Assembly (NCBI GenBank): GCA_034660555.1
Contig: JAYEJL010000165.1
Location: forward strand, 42,109-106,108
Source of the DNA: Thermotogota bacterium
GTDB lineage: Bacteria; Thermotogota; Thermotogae; Petrotogales; Kosmotogaceae
Direction: 5' to 3'
Length of the DNA stretch: 64,000 nucleotides
Below the pieces are notes generated by a model. That model had not been told where the DNA came from, did not search any database, and worked only from the letters and a program-made list of their open reading frames with translations. The translations under genes were made by a program, and so were the position numbers. Below are positions 9,958-19,521 of the stretch, in pieces. The first letter of the stretch is position 1; the number at the start of each line of letters is the position of its first letter.

Positions 9958-10035
9958 GGGCTCGTAGCTCAGTTTGGTTAGAGCTTCCGGCTCATAACCG
10001 GGCGGTCGGTGGTTCGAATCCACCCGAGCCCACCA
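9958..10035 (+). tRNA. tRNA with CAT anticodon (elongator tRNA-Met, or tRNA-Ile2 if lysidine-modified); CCA encoded
   Basis: Hand-folded cloverleaf: acceptor GGGCTCG/CGAGCCC, D stem GCTC/GAGC, anticodon stem TCCGG/CCGGG with loop CTCATAA, T arm GGTGG-TTCGAAT-CCACC, discriminator A and CCA. The G1-C72 pair and the absence of a GGG/CCC anticodon stem argue against an initiator. Confidence 0.9.
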
Positions 10036-10036
10036 A

Positions 10037-10058
10037 AGCGGCGAAAGCCGCTTTTTTT
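10037..10058 (+). terminator. rho-independent terminator after the tRNA
   Basis: AGCGGC-GAAA-GCCGCT hairpin followed by TTTTTT. Confidence 0.8.
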
Positions 10059-10126
10059 AATGAATTTGTTCTGCTAAAATGATACAGTTAACCTATGAAA
10101 GTAATAATATTTTGGAGTGTGAACAG

Positions 10127-10834
10127 ATGTTTTTAGATATTGGTAACGAATTGTTGTGGCTAATCTTCATGTTCATCGATCTGTCCATTGCGGTTATAGT
10201 CTTTAAGTTATTTAAACGAGAAGGATTGTTCATGATGATCATTGCAAATATCATCATAGCAAACATTCAGGTTATTAAACTGGTAGAACTCTTTGGTATA
10301 ACCGCAACACTGGGAAATATCGTTTACGGTTCAATATTCTTTTCAACAGATCTTTTAAACGAACTGTATGGAAAAAAAGAAGCTCGTAAAGGAGTCCTAC
10401 TGGGGTTCGTAACTCTTATGATCGCAACGCTATACATGCAGTTTGCCATCTCGTTCACTCCTTCAGGAATTGAAGAATCACTTGAAGCTCACAAGGCACT
10501 CAGCACAATATTCGGAATATTACCCAGGATAGCTGCAGGAAGCCTTATTGCGTATATTGTTTCACAACTACACGACGTATGGGCATTCGATTTCTGGAAA
10601 CGACTGACTAAAGGAAAACATCTTTGGTTAAGAAACAATCTTTCAACTATGGTAAGTCAGTTTCTCGATTCGTTAATTTTTGTGTTCATTGCTTTTTGGG
10701 GAACACTGGAGCTAAATGTATGGTGGCAGGTAGTGTTTACAACATATGTATTCAAGTGGTTTGTAGCAGCCTTTGATACACCATTCATTTATCTTGCCAG
10801 ATGGTTACATAAAAAAAATGAAATTGAAGAGTAA
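10127..10834 (+). CDS. yhhQ: queuosine-precursor transporter family (YhhQ/DUF165, VUT family) membrane protein
   Basis: The track ORF spans 10079-10834. I prefer the ATG at 10127 because a GGAG lies 9 nt upstream. Polytopic membrane protein with the YhhQ-like segment FSTDLLNELYGKKEARKGVLLGF. Confidence 0.7.
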   Translation: MFLDIGNELLWLIFMFIDLSIAVIVFKLFKREGLFMMIIANIIIANIQVIKLVELFGITATLGNIVYGSIFFSTDLLNELYGKKEARKGVLLGFVTLMIATLYMQFAISFTPSGIEESLEAHKALSTIFGILPRIAAGSLIAYIVSQLHDVWAFDFWKRLTKGKHLWLRNNLSTMVSQFLDSLIFVFIAFWGTLELNVWWQVVFTTYVFKWFVAAFDTPFIYLARWLHKKNEIEE

Positions 10835-10851
10835 ATTCTTGTTTCGTTATA

Positions 10852-11703
10852 CTAAGAGAAGGTATTGGCAATATTTGCAGCAACTCTGGCGTTGTTTTTT
10901 AACAGAGAAATGTTGGTCCTAACTGACTGACCATTAGAATAATTTGCCAGCTCGGTAAGCAAAAACGGGGTTAAACCTTTTCCGGTTATGTTCTTTTTTT
11001 CTGCATTATTTACAGCTCTTCTTACCCAGTTGTTTAATCTATCATAATCTATTTCTTCTTCTTCAGGAACAGGATTTAAGACCAGAACTGCACCGGATAA
11101 ACCCAGTTCTTTTTTCTTGAGAAAAATATCCCTTATTTCTGATGGATTATCTGTAGAAAAACTGAGTCTGTAATTACTGGTTCGAGAATGAAATAAAGGG
11201 AATACTTCTGTATTGAATCCTACTGTAGTAATTTGCGAAGTTTCAAGCAATTCAATTGTTCTTTCAATATCAAGAATACTTTTAAACCCTGAACAAACAA
11301 CAATCATTGAGCTTCTGGAAAGCTCAGCAATATCTTGAGACACATCCCATGTTCTCTGTCTATGAACACCACCGATGCCACCGGTAGCAAACACTTTAAT
11401 TCCTGCTTTTTTTGCAAGTGCAATAGTGGCACTTACCGTGGTCGCTGCATTTCTCTTTCCAACAATAGCTGCGGCTAGTTCAGCTGTTCCAACCTTAATG
11501 ACATTATTGTCTACTGCGAGAAACTTTATTTCTTCCTTTGTTAAACCGATTTTCACTTCACCAGAGATAATGCCTATAGTTTTTGGCGCTGCTCCATTTT
11601 GCTTCACTATCGTCTCCATTTCCAGAGCTGTGTCAACATTAAAAGGATTGGGAAGTCCTTTTGCTATAACCGTGCTTTCAAGTGCTACAATGTTTTTCAT
11701 CAT
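10852..11703 (-). CDS. psuG: pseudouridine-5'-phosphate glycosidase
   Basis: 283 aa. The IndA/PsuG-type sequence ALESTVIAKGLPNPFN...ATGGIGGVHR... is present. Its start overlaps the upstream rhomboid gene stop by 4 nt. Confidence 0.85.
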   Translation of the reverse strand: MMKNIVALESTVIAKGLPNPFNVDTALEMETIVKQNGAAPKTIGIISGEVKIGLTKEEIKFLAVDNNVIKVGTAELAAAIVGKRNAATTVSATIALAKKAGIKVFATGGIGGVHRQRTWDVSQDIAELSRSSMIVVCSGFKSILDIERTIELLETSQITTVGFNTEVFPLFHSRTSNYRLSFSTDNPSEIRDIFLKKKELGLSGAVLVLNPVPEEEEIDYDRLNNWVRRAVNNAEKKNITGKGLTPFLLTELANYSNGQSVRTNISLLKNNARVAANIANTFS

Positions 11704-12395
11704 ACTTCACCTTTCCTTCTCGCAAAATTCAGTGACATTATGAGTCCAATAACAAAGCCACCTATGTGAGCCCACCAGGCAACTCCCGCAGAACCGGATG
11801 AAGTAATTTTAAACACTCCATTAAAGAATTGCAGAAAAAACCATAAAACAAGAAAAAAGTAGGCAGGAATTTCAAAAAGAAGTGGGAAAAACAAAATCGG
11901 AACAACCGTCAAAATTCTGCTCCATGGGAAAAAATACAAATAGGCACCCATCACACCTGCTACACAACCTGAAGCGCCTATAACTGCCATGTTTGAGTTT
12001 GGCATAAAAGAAAATTGAACAATATTGGCAAGCACACCCCAGCTCAAATAATAAAACAGAAAACGTATGTGCCCCAACTTGTCTTCAACATTGTCTCCAA
12101 ACACAAACAGTATCCACATATTGGTTATTATGTGCAGCCACCCACCATGCATAAAAGTAGAACTTAGAAATGGAATGAAATTCAGCTGATTTACTGTCAT
12201 TTCATACATTCCTTGAATCATGATTCTTCCCTCTGTAAATCTGGTGGGAACTAGCCCATACCTGTGCACGAAAATAATAAGATCAGTTCTGTTGAGACTA
12301 AGCTCATACAGAAAAATCGCAACATTCAGAGCGATAACTGCATAAATTACATAAGGAGTTTTTGAACTTTTTATGCTATCCTTAATCGGAAACAT
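11700..12395 (-). CDS. rhomboid-family intramembrane serine protease
   Basis: 231 aa with 6 TM segments. Catalytic motifs GASGCVAGVMGAY (Ser) and HIGGFVIG (His), plus the HGGWLHI motif. Confidence 0.85.
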   Translation of the reverse strand: MFPIKDSIKSSKTPYVIYAVIALNVAIFLYELSLNRTDLIIFVHRYGLVPTRFTEGRIMIQGMYEMTVNQLNFIPFLSSTFMHGGWLHIITNMWILFVFGDNVEDKLGHIRFLFYYLSWGVLANIVQFSFMPNSNMAVIGASGCVAGVMGAYLYFFPWSRILTVVPILFFPLLFEIPAYFFLVLWFFLQFFNGVFKITSSGSAGVAWWAHIGGFVIGLIMSLNFARRKGEV

Positions 12396-12443
12396 AGCAT
12401 TCTCCTAACAAGTTTATATTACTTATTTTACCAAATAGATAAC

Positions 12444-12472
12444 TTGAAAAGCTAAATGGCCAGTGATATAAT
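12444..12472 (+). promoter_or_regulatory. sigma70-type promoter for tRNA-Arg
   Basis: TTGAAA (12444-12449), a 17-nt spacer, then TATAAT (12467-12472), 11 nt upstream of the tRNA. Confidence 0.55.
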
Positions 12473-12483
12473 TTTGCGCGTGT

Positions 12484-12558
12484 GCCCCCGTAGTTCAACG
12501 GATAGAACGGCGGATTCCTAATCCGCAAATGAAGGTTCGATTCCTTCCGGGGGTACCA
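12484..12558 (+). tRNA. tRNA-Arg (CCT anticodon), CCA encoded
   Basis: Hand-folded: acceptor GCCCCCG/CGGGGGT (G1-U72 wobble), D stem GTTC/GAAC, anticodon stem GCGGA/TCCGC with loop TTCCTAA, T arm GAAGG-TTCGATT-CCTTC, discriminator A and CCA. Confidence 0.9.
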
Positions 12559-12562
12559 GAAA

Positions 12563-12590
12563 AGCGCGGCTTGACTGCGCTTATTTGTTT
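12563..12590 (+). terminator. weak hairpin plus T-rich tract after tRNA-Arg
   Basis: AGCGC-(9-nt loop)-GCGCT followed by TATTTGTTT. Confidence 0.4.
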
Positions 12591-12730
12591 ATCCTTTTTA
12601 AAAAATTCTCGGCGAGAACCATAAAAAATGATGAAGGTGTAACCAATAAATCTAACGCTGCTCATAGTCGAATAAAGGACTTTATTAATACTAACCACAA
12701 ATAAATGCGGCTTTTGTCAATTTTGTGGGT

Positions 12731-12759
12731 TTGTTCACAAACTCACGTGAGACTAGAAT
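12731..12759 (+). promoter_or_regulatory. candidate gdh promoter
   Basis: TTGTTC (12731-12736), a 17-nt spacer, then TAGAAT (12754-12759), ~40 nt upstream of the GTG start. It overlaps three small palindromes (see findings). Confidence 0.4.
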
Positions 12760-12798
12760 TAGTCTGAAAGCACAAACTTTAGTAGAGGAGGGTTTTTA

Positions 12799-14052
12799 GT
12801 GGCCGATGTAAGTTTATACCAAAACGCATTGAAACAGTTCCGAAAGGCTACGGACATAATGGAACTTGATCCTTCACTTGTGGAGGTCCTTTCCTTTCCC
12901 AAACGCGAACTGACGGTAAACTGTCCTGTAAGAATGGACGATGGTAGTATTAGAGTTTTCACAGGTCATAGAGTACAGCACAACATAGCAAGAGGTCCTG
13001 CAAAAGGTGGTATCCGATATCATGCAGATGTGACACTTGACGAAGTCAAAGCCCTGGCTTTCTGGATGACATGGAAAGCTGCTGTAGTTGGAATTCCCTA
13101 TGGTGGTGGAAAAGGCGGCGTCGCAGTTGACCCATCAAAGCTCAGTGAGGGTGAACTTGAAAGACTTTCCAGACGATTCTTTTCGGAAATTCAGGTAATA
13201 CTTGGAGAAGACAAAGATATTCCAGCTCCTGATGTCAATACCAACGCACAGGTAATGTCCTGGTATATGGATACCTATTCTATGAATGTGGGACATTCTG
13301 TACTCGGTATAGTAACCGGAAAACCTTTAGAAATAGGCGGTTCAGCTGGTAGATCGGAAGCAACTGGAAGAGGGGTCAGAGTAGTAACAGAAGAAGCAAT
13401 CAATTATAAAGATATGGATCCGGAGAAAACCACGGTGGCAGTTCAGGGGTTTGGAAATGTAGGCTCACACGCTGCCAAACTTATTCATAAAGAAATTGGA
13501 TCCAAGATAATCGCTGTAAGTGATGTTTCGGGCGGAATTTACAATGAAAATGGACTGGACATAAACGAATTAATCGAGTACACTAAAACGAATAATGGAC
13601 TTGTAAAAGGTTTCCCTAAAGCTGAACCAATATCAAATGAAGACCTCCTTACGCTGGACGTAGACGTACTTGTTCCTGCAGCGCTGGAAAATGCAATCAC
13701 TGAGAAAAATGCAAACGATGTCAGAGCCAAGATTATCGTAGAGGGCGCAAACGGTCCTGTAACTCCAGAAGCAGAGGATATATTGTTAAACAAAGACATT
13801 TTCTTTGTACCTGACTTCCTGGCCAACGCTGGAGGTGTAACTGTATCTTATTTCGAATGGGTTCAGGGCCTGCAGTGGTATTTCTGGGAATTGGAAGACA
13901 TAAGAAGAGCCCTTCACAAAATTATGAGGCAGGCTTTCAACACCAACATCAAAACAATGCATAAATACGGAACTGATATGAGAACCTCAGCTTACATAGT
14001 AGCAATTGACCGTGTCGCAACTGCTACAAAACTCAGAGGGATTTATCCTTGA
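12799..14052 (+). CDS. gdhA: NAD(P)-dependent glutamate dehydrogenase
   Basis: 417 aa with a GTG start 7 nt after GAGGAGGG. Catalytic motif GIPYGGGKGGVAVDP and Rossmann motif VQGFGNVGSHAA. Collinear with the hexameric GDH family. Confidence 0.95.
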   Translation: MADVSLYQNALKQFRKATDIMELDPSLVEVLSFPKRELTVNCPVRMDDGSIRVFTGHRVQHNIARGPAKGGIRYHADVTLDEVKALAFWMTWKAAVVGIPYGGGKGGVAVDPSKLSEGELERLSRRFFSEIQVILGEDKDIPAPDVNTNAQVMSWYMDTYSMNVGHSVLGIVTGKPLEIGGSAGRSEATGRGVRVVTEEAINYKDMDPEKTTVAVQGFGNVGSHAAKLIHKEIGSKIIAVSDVSGGIYNENGLDINELIEYTKTNNGLVKGFPKAEPISNEDLLTLDVDVLVPAALENAITEKNANDVRAKIIVEGANGPVTPEAEDILLNKDIFFVPDFLANAGGVTVSYFEWVQGLQWYFWELEDIRRALHKIMRQAFNTNIKTMHKYGTDMRTSAYIVAIDRVATATKLRGIYP

Positions 14053-14075
14053 TCGAATAATTAACAAAAATCACA

Positions 14076-14101
14076 AGCGGGGGGATTTACCCCGCTTTTT
14101 T
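14076..14101 (+). terminator. rho-independent terminator of gdh
   Basis: AGCGGGG-(7-nt loop)-CCCCGCT followed by TTTTT. Confidence 0.8.
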
Positions 14102-14224
14102 AAGTCTTTTCACAAAGCACATAAAAAATAATATAATAATCATAAACGGATTTTAGTATCAGAAAAACCAACTGTTGCGTATTTTTTAGGAGGTGAACAG
14201 GTAGATACAAAATAACCTGGAGAC

Positions 14225-15688
14225 ATGAATATAAAGTTAAAAAACGGAATGGTTTATGATCCTAAAAAGGGTACCTTTAACAAACGTGATCTTGTTATTA
14301 AAAATAGTATTATCAGTAACAGTGATGATGGTGCAAAAACTTATGACATTGGAGGATATTACGTCTATCCGGGGTTCGTAGATTCTCATCTTCATTTAAT
14401 ATCTACAGGAAAACGACAATTAACTCCATCTCTTGATCATATAAACAGTAAAGAGGAGCTTAACTTATTTTTTAGGAATTACTCTACCAAAGATCGGATA
14501 ACTGAAATCTTTAATGCGCGAGGTTGGGATCAGGATAAACTTGGATTTATGCCTGATCGAGTGTACCTTGATGAATTTTTTCCTGAAACACCCGTAATCC
14601 TTGAAAGAAGATGCGGACATGTGGCAGTCGTTAGCAGTGCAATGATCGATAGATACAACTTAAAAAAGTTTGATGGTCTCGATGGCACTGTCATTTCAAA
14701 AGGTTACTTAAAGGAAAGAGCACTTATTAAAACACAGGACCTGATAACACTGTCAAAGGAAGAAATAAACAAGTTTATGAATAAAGGCATAGATTTGCTT
14801 CTGGGGTATGGTATTACGCACGTCCATACCGATGATTTTCATGGTGTAGAGCTGAAAACACTTCTTAATACACTATCCGCTCAAAACAGAATTAAGATCT
14901 TTGAGAAACTAAATGTACCTGCATCTTCTATTGAAAAAATCAAACATTATACGGAATACGAAAGTGAATTCCTTACAATTGGATCGGTAAAGATATTCCT
15001 CGACGGATCATTCGGTGCACGAACTGGAGCATTATTGGAACCTTATGCAGATGATGTAGAAAACAGAGGTTTATTTTACTACTCAGAGAGAGAGCTTAAC
15101 AATATTCTGACTCTTTGTGAAAAAGAAAAATTGCAGTTATCCATACACATTATAGGAGATAGAGCCCTGGAATTAGCTCTTAATGTATTAAGCAATTATC
15201 CAAAGAGTTCATTGAAACATAGATTGATACATCTCCAGATTGCCTCCAATAAGCAGATTAGTAGAATAGCCGAAATTGGTTTGATCGCATCGATTCAACC
15301 GGTGTTTTATATCTCTGATAACGAAATGGCAAAGGCAAGATTGGGCAAAAATCGTTACAGGGAAAAAGCTTATCCTTTCAAAAAGATGTTTGAATCAGGG
15401 GTGAGTCTTTCATTATCCACCGATTCGCCAGTGGAAGATCCAAATCCATTTTTAAATATTATCGCAGCAGATAACTTTTTTGACAGAAAAACCATACTTT
15501 ATCTGTATATGATAAATGGAAGAAAACATGGTTTCTCAAATGACTCTGGAAGACTTCTAACGGGAGAAAAGGCTGACTTCTTTATAACAAAAACCGATCT
15601 ACTTCATGCCTCAAAGATTGATTTAGCAGAAACTAAAGCAGCAATAACATTTGTGAATGGAAAACCTGTACATGGTTCGCTACCTTGA
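14225..15688 (+). CDS. amidohydrolase-family metal-dependent hydrolase (YtcJ/Amidohydro_3-like)
   Basis: 487 aa. N-terminal metal motif GFVDSHLHL, later IHIIGD and STDSP motifs. Confidence 0.75.
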   Translation: MNIKLKNGMVYDPKKGTFNKRDLVIKNSIISNSDDGAKTYDIGGYYVYPGFVDSHLHLISTGKRQLTPSLDHINSKEELNLFFRNYSTKDRITEIFNARGWDQDKLGFMPDRVYLDEFFPETPVILERRCGHVAVVSSAMIDRYNLKKFDGLDGTVISKGYLKERALIKTQDLITLSKEEINKFMNKGIDLLLGYGITHVHTDDFHGVELKTLLNTLSAQNRIKIFEKLNVPASSIEKIKHYTEYESEFLTIGSVKIFLDGSFGARTGALLEPYADDVENRGLFYYSERELNNILTLCEKEKLQLSIHIIGDRALELALNVLSNYPKSSLKHRLIHLQIASNKQISRIAEIGLIASIQPVFYISDNEMAKARLGKNRYREKAYPFKKMFESGVSLSLSTDSPVEDPNPFLNIIAADNFFDRKTILYLYMINGRKHGFSNDSGRLLTGEKADFFITKTDLLHASKIDLAETKAAITFVNGKPVHGSLP

Positions 15689-16306
15689 ACAACTAACCTG
15701 AAAAAGGTCTCTGTCTTCAAGCCTGATAGCTGTTAATTTGCCACCATAGACGCATCCAGTATCTATTCCAATTTTGGTTTTATCAATATAGGGTACATCA
15801 AGAAATGGAGTATGACCAAAAACGATTATTTTATCACTTAAAGGTTTTTTGCAATATATAAATTCTTCTCTTATCCATATCATCTCCATTTCATCCTGTT
15901 CCTCAAGAGGTTTCCCTGGAAGTACTCCAGCATGAACAACAAGATAATTCCCCGTCTGATAATAGAATTCGGTATTTCTGAAAAACTCAAGATGATCTTT
16001 AGGAATCGAATTTATATTTCCATAACTGTCCAGTGTAGCTTCCATTCCGTTGAGATACCAGATTCTTCCCATATTCTTATCATCAAGATAGTCCAGCAAC
16101 ATCTGTTCATGATTACCTCTAAGAAATATACAATTGTATTTTTCTGAAAGATCGAGAAGAAACTCTACTACACCCTTCGAGTCTTTCCCTCTGTCAATAT
16201 AATCGCCTACAAAAATCAGCTTATCTTCTTTCTGAACAGGTAGTTTCTTCATGAGTCTCTTTAGGCTTTTCAAACATCCATGAATATCTCCTATAACATA
16301 TCTCAT
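15680..16306 (-). CDS. metallophosphoesterase (PPP-family Ser/Thr phosphatase / ApaH-like)
   Basis: 208 aa with the canonical motifs GDIHG, GDYIDRG, GNHE and GHTP. Confidence 0.8.
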   Translation of the reverse strand: MRYVIGDIHGCLKSLKRLMKKLPVQKEDKLIFVGDYIDRGKDSKGVVEFLLDLSEKYNCIFLRGNHEQMLLDYLDDKNMGRIWYLNGMEATLDSYGNINSIPKDHLEFFRNTEFYYQTGNYLVVHAGVLPGKPLEEQDEMEMIWIREEFIYCKKPLSDKIIVFGHTPFLDVPYIDKTKIGIDTGCVYGGKLTAIRLEDRDLFQVSCSR

Positions 16307-16307
16307 A

Positions 16308-16922
16308 TCAGAAAATATTCTCCATTATCATTTTCCATAGAAATGAAAAACCTACACCAATAACCGGACTGAGAATCCACTCAATTTTTCTTTCCTTTGA
16401 AAAAATAACTCTGTAAACAATTGCCGCAAGCACAGAAATGATAACCCACTCAATTTTATTCGCAAAAGCAAATATGAATATTACAAGTCTTTCGGTTATA
16501 CCTATTGAATCACTCTTTAGCGAATCGATAATACCTTTTCTGAAGAAATAAGTCACACCAACTGTTACCAGAAGAATACCTAATAGATACCATGCAAAGG
16601 GACCTGTGATAAACGAAGTGCGTAGTAAATCAGACACAAGGAAAGACAAGATTGCATATGATATGACTGCAAATAATTCAACTAAATCCTGAGAAAATCG
16701 AGCCCTTAGGAATAAGATCACAGGTAATGCCAAAATCGCAAGTATAAACACAAGAATTCCCTTAGGCGAGGTAAACAATGTATCAAAACTAAAAGCCAAA
16801 ACTACCAGTGCGCCCCATAATATCTGATACAGAAATCTCTTTTCCTTCATTTCACCAAGTTTGCTATTATTTACGAAAGCGTGATTGGCAACAATATAAG
16901 CAACCAACAAGTGTACAGGCAT
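16308..16922 (-). CDS. hypothetical polytopic membrane protein
   Basis: 204 aa with about 6 hydrophobic segments. Tightly packed between the MMPL-like and phosphoesterase genes. No motif recognised. Confidence 0.5.
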   Translation of the reverse strand: MPVHLLVAYIVANHAFVNNSKLGEMKEKRFLYQILWGALVVLAFSFDTLFTSPKGILVFILAILALPVILFLRARFSQDLVELFAVISYAILSFLVSDLLRTSFITGPFAWYLLGILLVTVGVTYFFRKGIIDSLKSDSIGITERLVIFIFAFANKIEWVIISVLAAIVYRVIFSKERKIEWILSPVIGVGFSFLWKMIMENIF

Positions 16923-16935
16923 ATTCTTTATCCTC

Positions 16936-19332
16936 CTATTTCAATCTCTTCCATGGTATCACAGGAACAGCAAAAGTGGCAACAATCAGAGAAATTAAAA
17001 CCCCTCCTGAAAGGCTCAAGCCAAAGTATCTCAATAATCTGCCCTGAGCCAGTCCAAAACTCATAAAGGCGAACATGGTTGTTACTGCTGACATGGTTAC
17101 CGATTTCAGTGTTCGGGCAGATTCATAACGTTTGCCCTTTGATGCTCCATGTATCATATGTACCATTCCATCAACGCCAATCCCAAGAATCAACGGAGCC
17201 GAAATAATAGTAACGAATGTCGTCTCTATACCCATTATCTCCATAACTCCGAACATAGATAGCAGTACACCAATTACCAGTATGATTAATTTGATACTAT
17301 CAAAAATACTCCTTCTTTCCAGATAAATAATAAAGAAGACAAAGCCCAGCGCAAACAAAGAAACAGGGGTTGTGATTTTTCTAACCAGATTCATCATATG
17401 ATAATAAACTTTGGGATAACCTCCTGCTTCATTCTGCAACTCATCAAGACTGTCAAATAGTTTTTTTATACCATTTTCCTGATATATTCTTAGACTGGGT
17501 TCGGCTAAAAGCACGAAGTAATCTTCACCTTTTGGGGTAACATAGTACAGCTGCCTTCGGATATCTTCCGGTAGATAACCAATCATTAAATCAAGGATTT
17601 CGGATGTATTATTTGTATTTTCAGCCTTTTGAACAAATTCCACCAGTGGACTGTAATATTGATTTTTCTTCAACAACGATTCCACAACCGGAGAATCTCT
17701 AAAGGTTTCCATTGAACGAAGGACCTGCCTGAAATTTTCCAGGAAATCGGCCTCATCTTCTCCCAAAAGGTCAAGAATAGAAGTTACACTGTCAATATTC
17801 TTGTTTTCTTTGAGTCTATCTGAAATTTCCTGTAATCCTTCAATATTATCTGCAAAAAAAGGTACATTATTTGTCAACTCAGAGCCAAATACTCTCTCAA
17901 TAAGTCTTAGTGAATCCATAGTTTCAGAATCTTTCGATATCAATCCGGGTGGAGTATATGAGAAGTTGCGAATGTTATGCACCCCAAAGTACGACAAAAA
18001 GACAATAAGCACTACCACTATGGCCAGGGAAATTCCTGAATATTTCTTTCCAAGCCTTGAAAGAAAATAGAAATATTTATCAAGGGAATGTATTTTAGCT
18101 GAAGATCCACCCTTACTTATAGAAGTAATGGATAACGCAGGCAGGAAGAAATACATCACAGCGAAAAACACAAGGATACCAAGTGCTGTCAGAACACCCA
18201 GTTCTCTAATCGCAGGAGCATTAACAAAAGAAATGATCAAGAAAACAAAACCCGTAGTCAGAGCACTGACAAGCAGCGGGGTAGTGGTGGCTCTATATGT
18301 TCGATGTAAGATTTCTACAGGATCTCCTGTTCGTTTGGATTCATCAGCCATTCTTGTGATTATATGTATTCCGTAATCAATACCAAGACCCAGTGTTATA
18401 GCATTAAGAAATGTTGTTACTATATTTAGCTCACCAAAAATAACATATGATATCCCGAGAGTTAGAAACATCGAAACAGCCAGAGAACTGAACATAAAAA
18501 ATGTGATCCTTATACTGGAATAAGCCAAGAAGAATAACAGTGCTATTCCCATTAATGAAATAATTGTTGTAAGAGTAAAATCAAACTGGGCCTGCTGATG
18601 GGCTTCATATGTACTGAAGTGATCTCCTGTCATATTAAAATATACGTTACGATCATCTATCTTACCCTCTACCCATTCTCTCAGCTGAGGTGTAACCTTT
18701 TGCACATATGAAATATTTGTACTTGGCCTGTCAAGTTTGAATCCCATAACGAGAATCATTGGATCTTCTTCTGGAAAATGCTCTGGCATTCTAATGTAGT
18801 TCTCAAAGTGTTTGTTCTCGTTTTCGTTCAGTATTCGATTACTTATTTGTTTAAAAGAATCAATAGACAGACCTATTTCCCGAAGAACAGAAAAATCATA
18901 GTTAAGCAATCGATCAGGATTTTCTGGCAAGATTTCTTCTCCTATACTGAAATCTCGAATTTGATCAGGATTTAAAAGGAGAAGTCCTAAAGGACCTTGA
19001 TTGGAGACAATATCAAAACGCACCATACTTTCAATATGTGAAAACTCTTCAGTGCTGTTAAATATCTTTTCTGCTGTTGCTTTGAGTGCTGTGATCCCAT
19101 CTTGATTTTTCAAATCTGTTTTCAGTACAACATAAGATATATTAGATGAATTGTTGTTTACAGAAAAATCTTCATATTTCTGGACCACTGGATCATCCGG
19201 GGGTAGTATTCTCATGAAGTCAGAATTTACCATAAGTTTGGAAGATAGATACGCACCAAGTATCGACATTGAAATAAAAAAGGCAACTATTGGAATTTTG
19301 TAGTTATTGATGAAATTGCTTAATTGTCTCAT
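16936..19332 (-). CDS. MMPL/RND-superfamily transporter (predicted exporter)
   Basis: The track ORF extends to 19350 with a TTG start; the ATG at 19332 (MRQLSNF...) is more likely. About 800 aa with two 5-6-TM bundles, each preceded by a large soluble loop, which is the typical MMPL/RND duplication. Confidence 0.75.
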   Translation of the reverse strand: MRQLSNFINNYKIPIVAFFISMSILGAYLSSKLMVNSDFMRILPPDDPVVQKYEDFSVNNNSSNISYVVLKTDLKNQDGITALKATAEKIFNSTEEFSHIESMVRFDIVSNQGPLGLLLLNPDQIRDFSIGEEILPENPDRLLNYDFSVLREIGLSIDSFKQISNRILNENENKHFENYIRMPEHFPEEDPMILVMGFKLDRPSTNISYVQKVTPQLREWVEGKIDDRNVYFNMTGDHFSTYEAHQQAQFDFTLTTIISLMGIALLFFLAYSSIRITFFMFSSLAVSMFLTLGISYVIFGELNIVTTFLNAITLGLGIDYGIHIITRMADESKRTGDPVEILHRTYRATTTPLLVSALTTGFVFLIISFVNAPAIRELGVLTALGILVFFAVMYFFLPALSITSISKGGSSAKIHSLDKYFYFLSRLGKKYSGISLAIVVVLIVFLSYFGVHNIRNFSYTPPGLISKDSETMDSLRLIERVFGSELTNNVPFFADNIEGLQEISDRLKENKNIDSVTSILDLLGEDEADFLENFRQVLRSMETFRDSPVVESLLKKNQYYSPLVEFVQKAENTNNTSEILDLMIGYLPEDIRRQLYYVTPKGEDYFVLLAEPSLRIYQENGIKKLFDSLDELQNEAGGYPKVYYHMMNLVRKITTPVSLFALGFVFFIIYLERRSIFDSIKLIILVIGVLLSMFGVMEIMGIETTFVTIISAPLILGIGVDGMVHMIHGASKGKRYESARTLKSVTMSAVTTMFAFMSFGLAQGRLLRYFGLSLSGGVLISLIVATFAVPVIPWKRLK

Positions 19333-19450
19333 AAACTCACCCGGAATCAATGTAAAGGTACACTGATAAAATCAATACGCTCTTTTTCTATTAGAAAATC
19401 TCTATGCTTGTCTTAAATTGTTTCATCTACGGAAAACAGGTATATTTCAG

Positions 19451-19501
19451 TAAAAAGCACCTGGATAACTCTCAGTATTCTAAAAATTAATCCCAGGTGC
19501 T
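19451..19501 (-). terminator. large-loop hairpin plus U-tract downstream of the S41 peptidase gene
   Basis: On the minus strand: AGCACCTGG-(28-nt loop)-CCAGGTGCT followed by TTTTT. Confidence 0.5.
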
Positions 19502-19521
19502 CATTAAAAAATTTTAGTATA

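Noticed and set aside
9958-10035. tRNA(CAT) as the initiator tRNA-fMet
   Set aside because: Positions 1-72 are Watson-Crick paired (G-C), and the anticodon stem lacks the three consecutive G:C pairs (GGG/CCC) typical of bacterial initiators. An elongator tRNA-Met or tRNA-Ile2 is more likely.
10059-10126. Possible preQ1 riboswitch upstream of the YhhQ-family queuosine-precursor transporter
   Set aside because: I looked for the class-I hallmark: a short GC stem with a C-rich loop, followed by an A-rich tail ending in the RBS. I found only a weak 3+3-bp interrupted stem (GTTCTG...CAGTTAAC), with no conserved loop nucleotides and no A-tail. This is not supportable without a covariance-model scan.
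12495-12962. 67-aa ORFs 12495-12698(-) and 12759-12962(-)
   Set aside because: The first overlaps tRNA-Arg and its terminator. The second overlaps the gdh start and promoter on the opposite strand. Neither has coding-like composition or an RBS.
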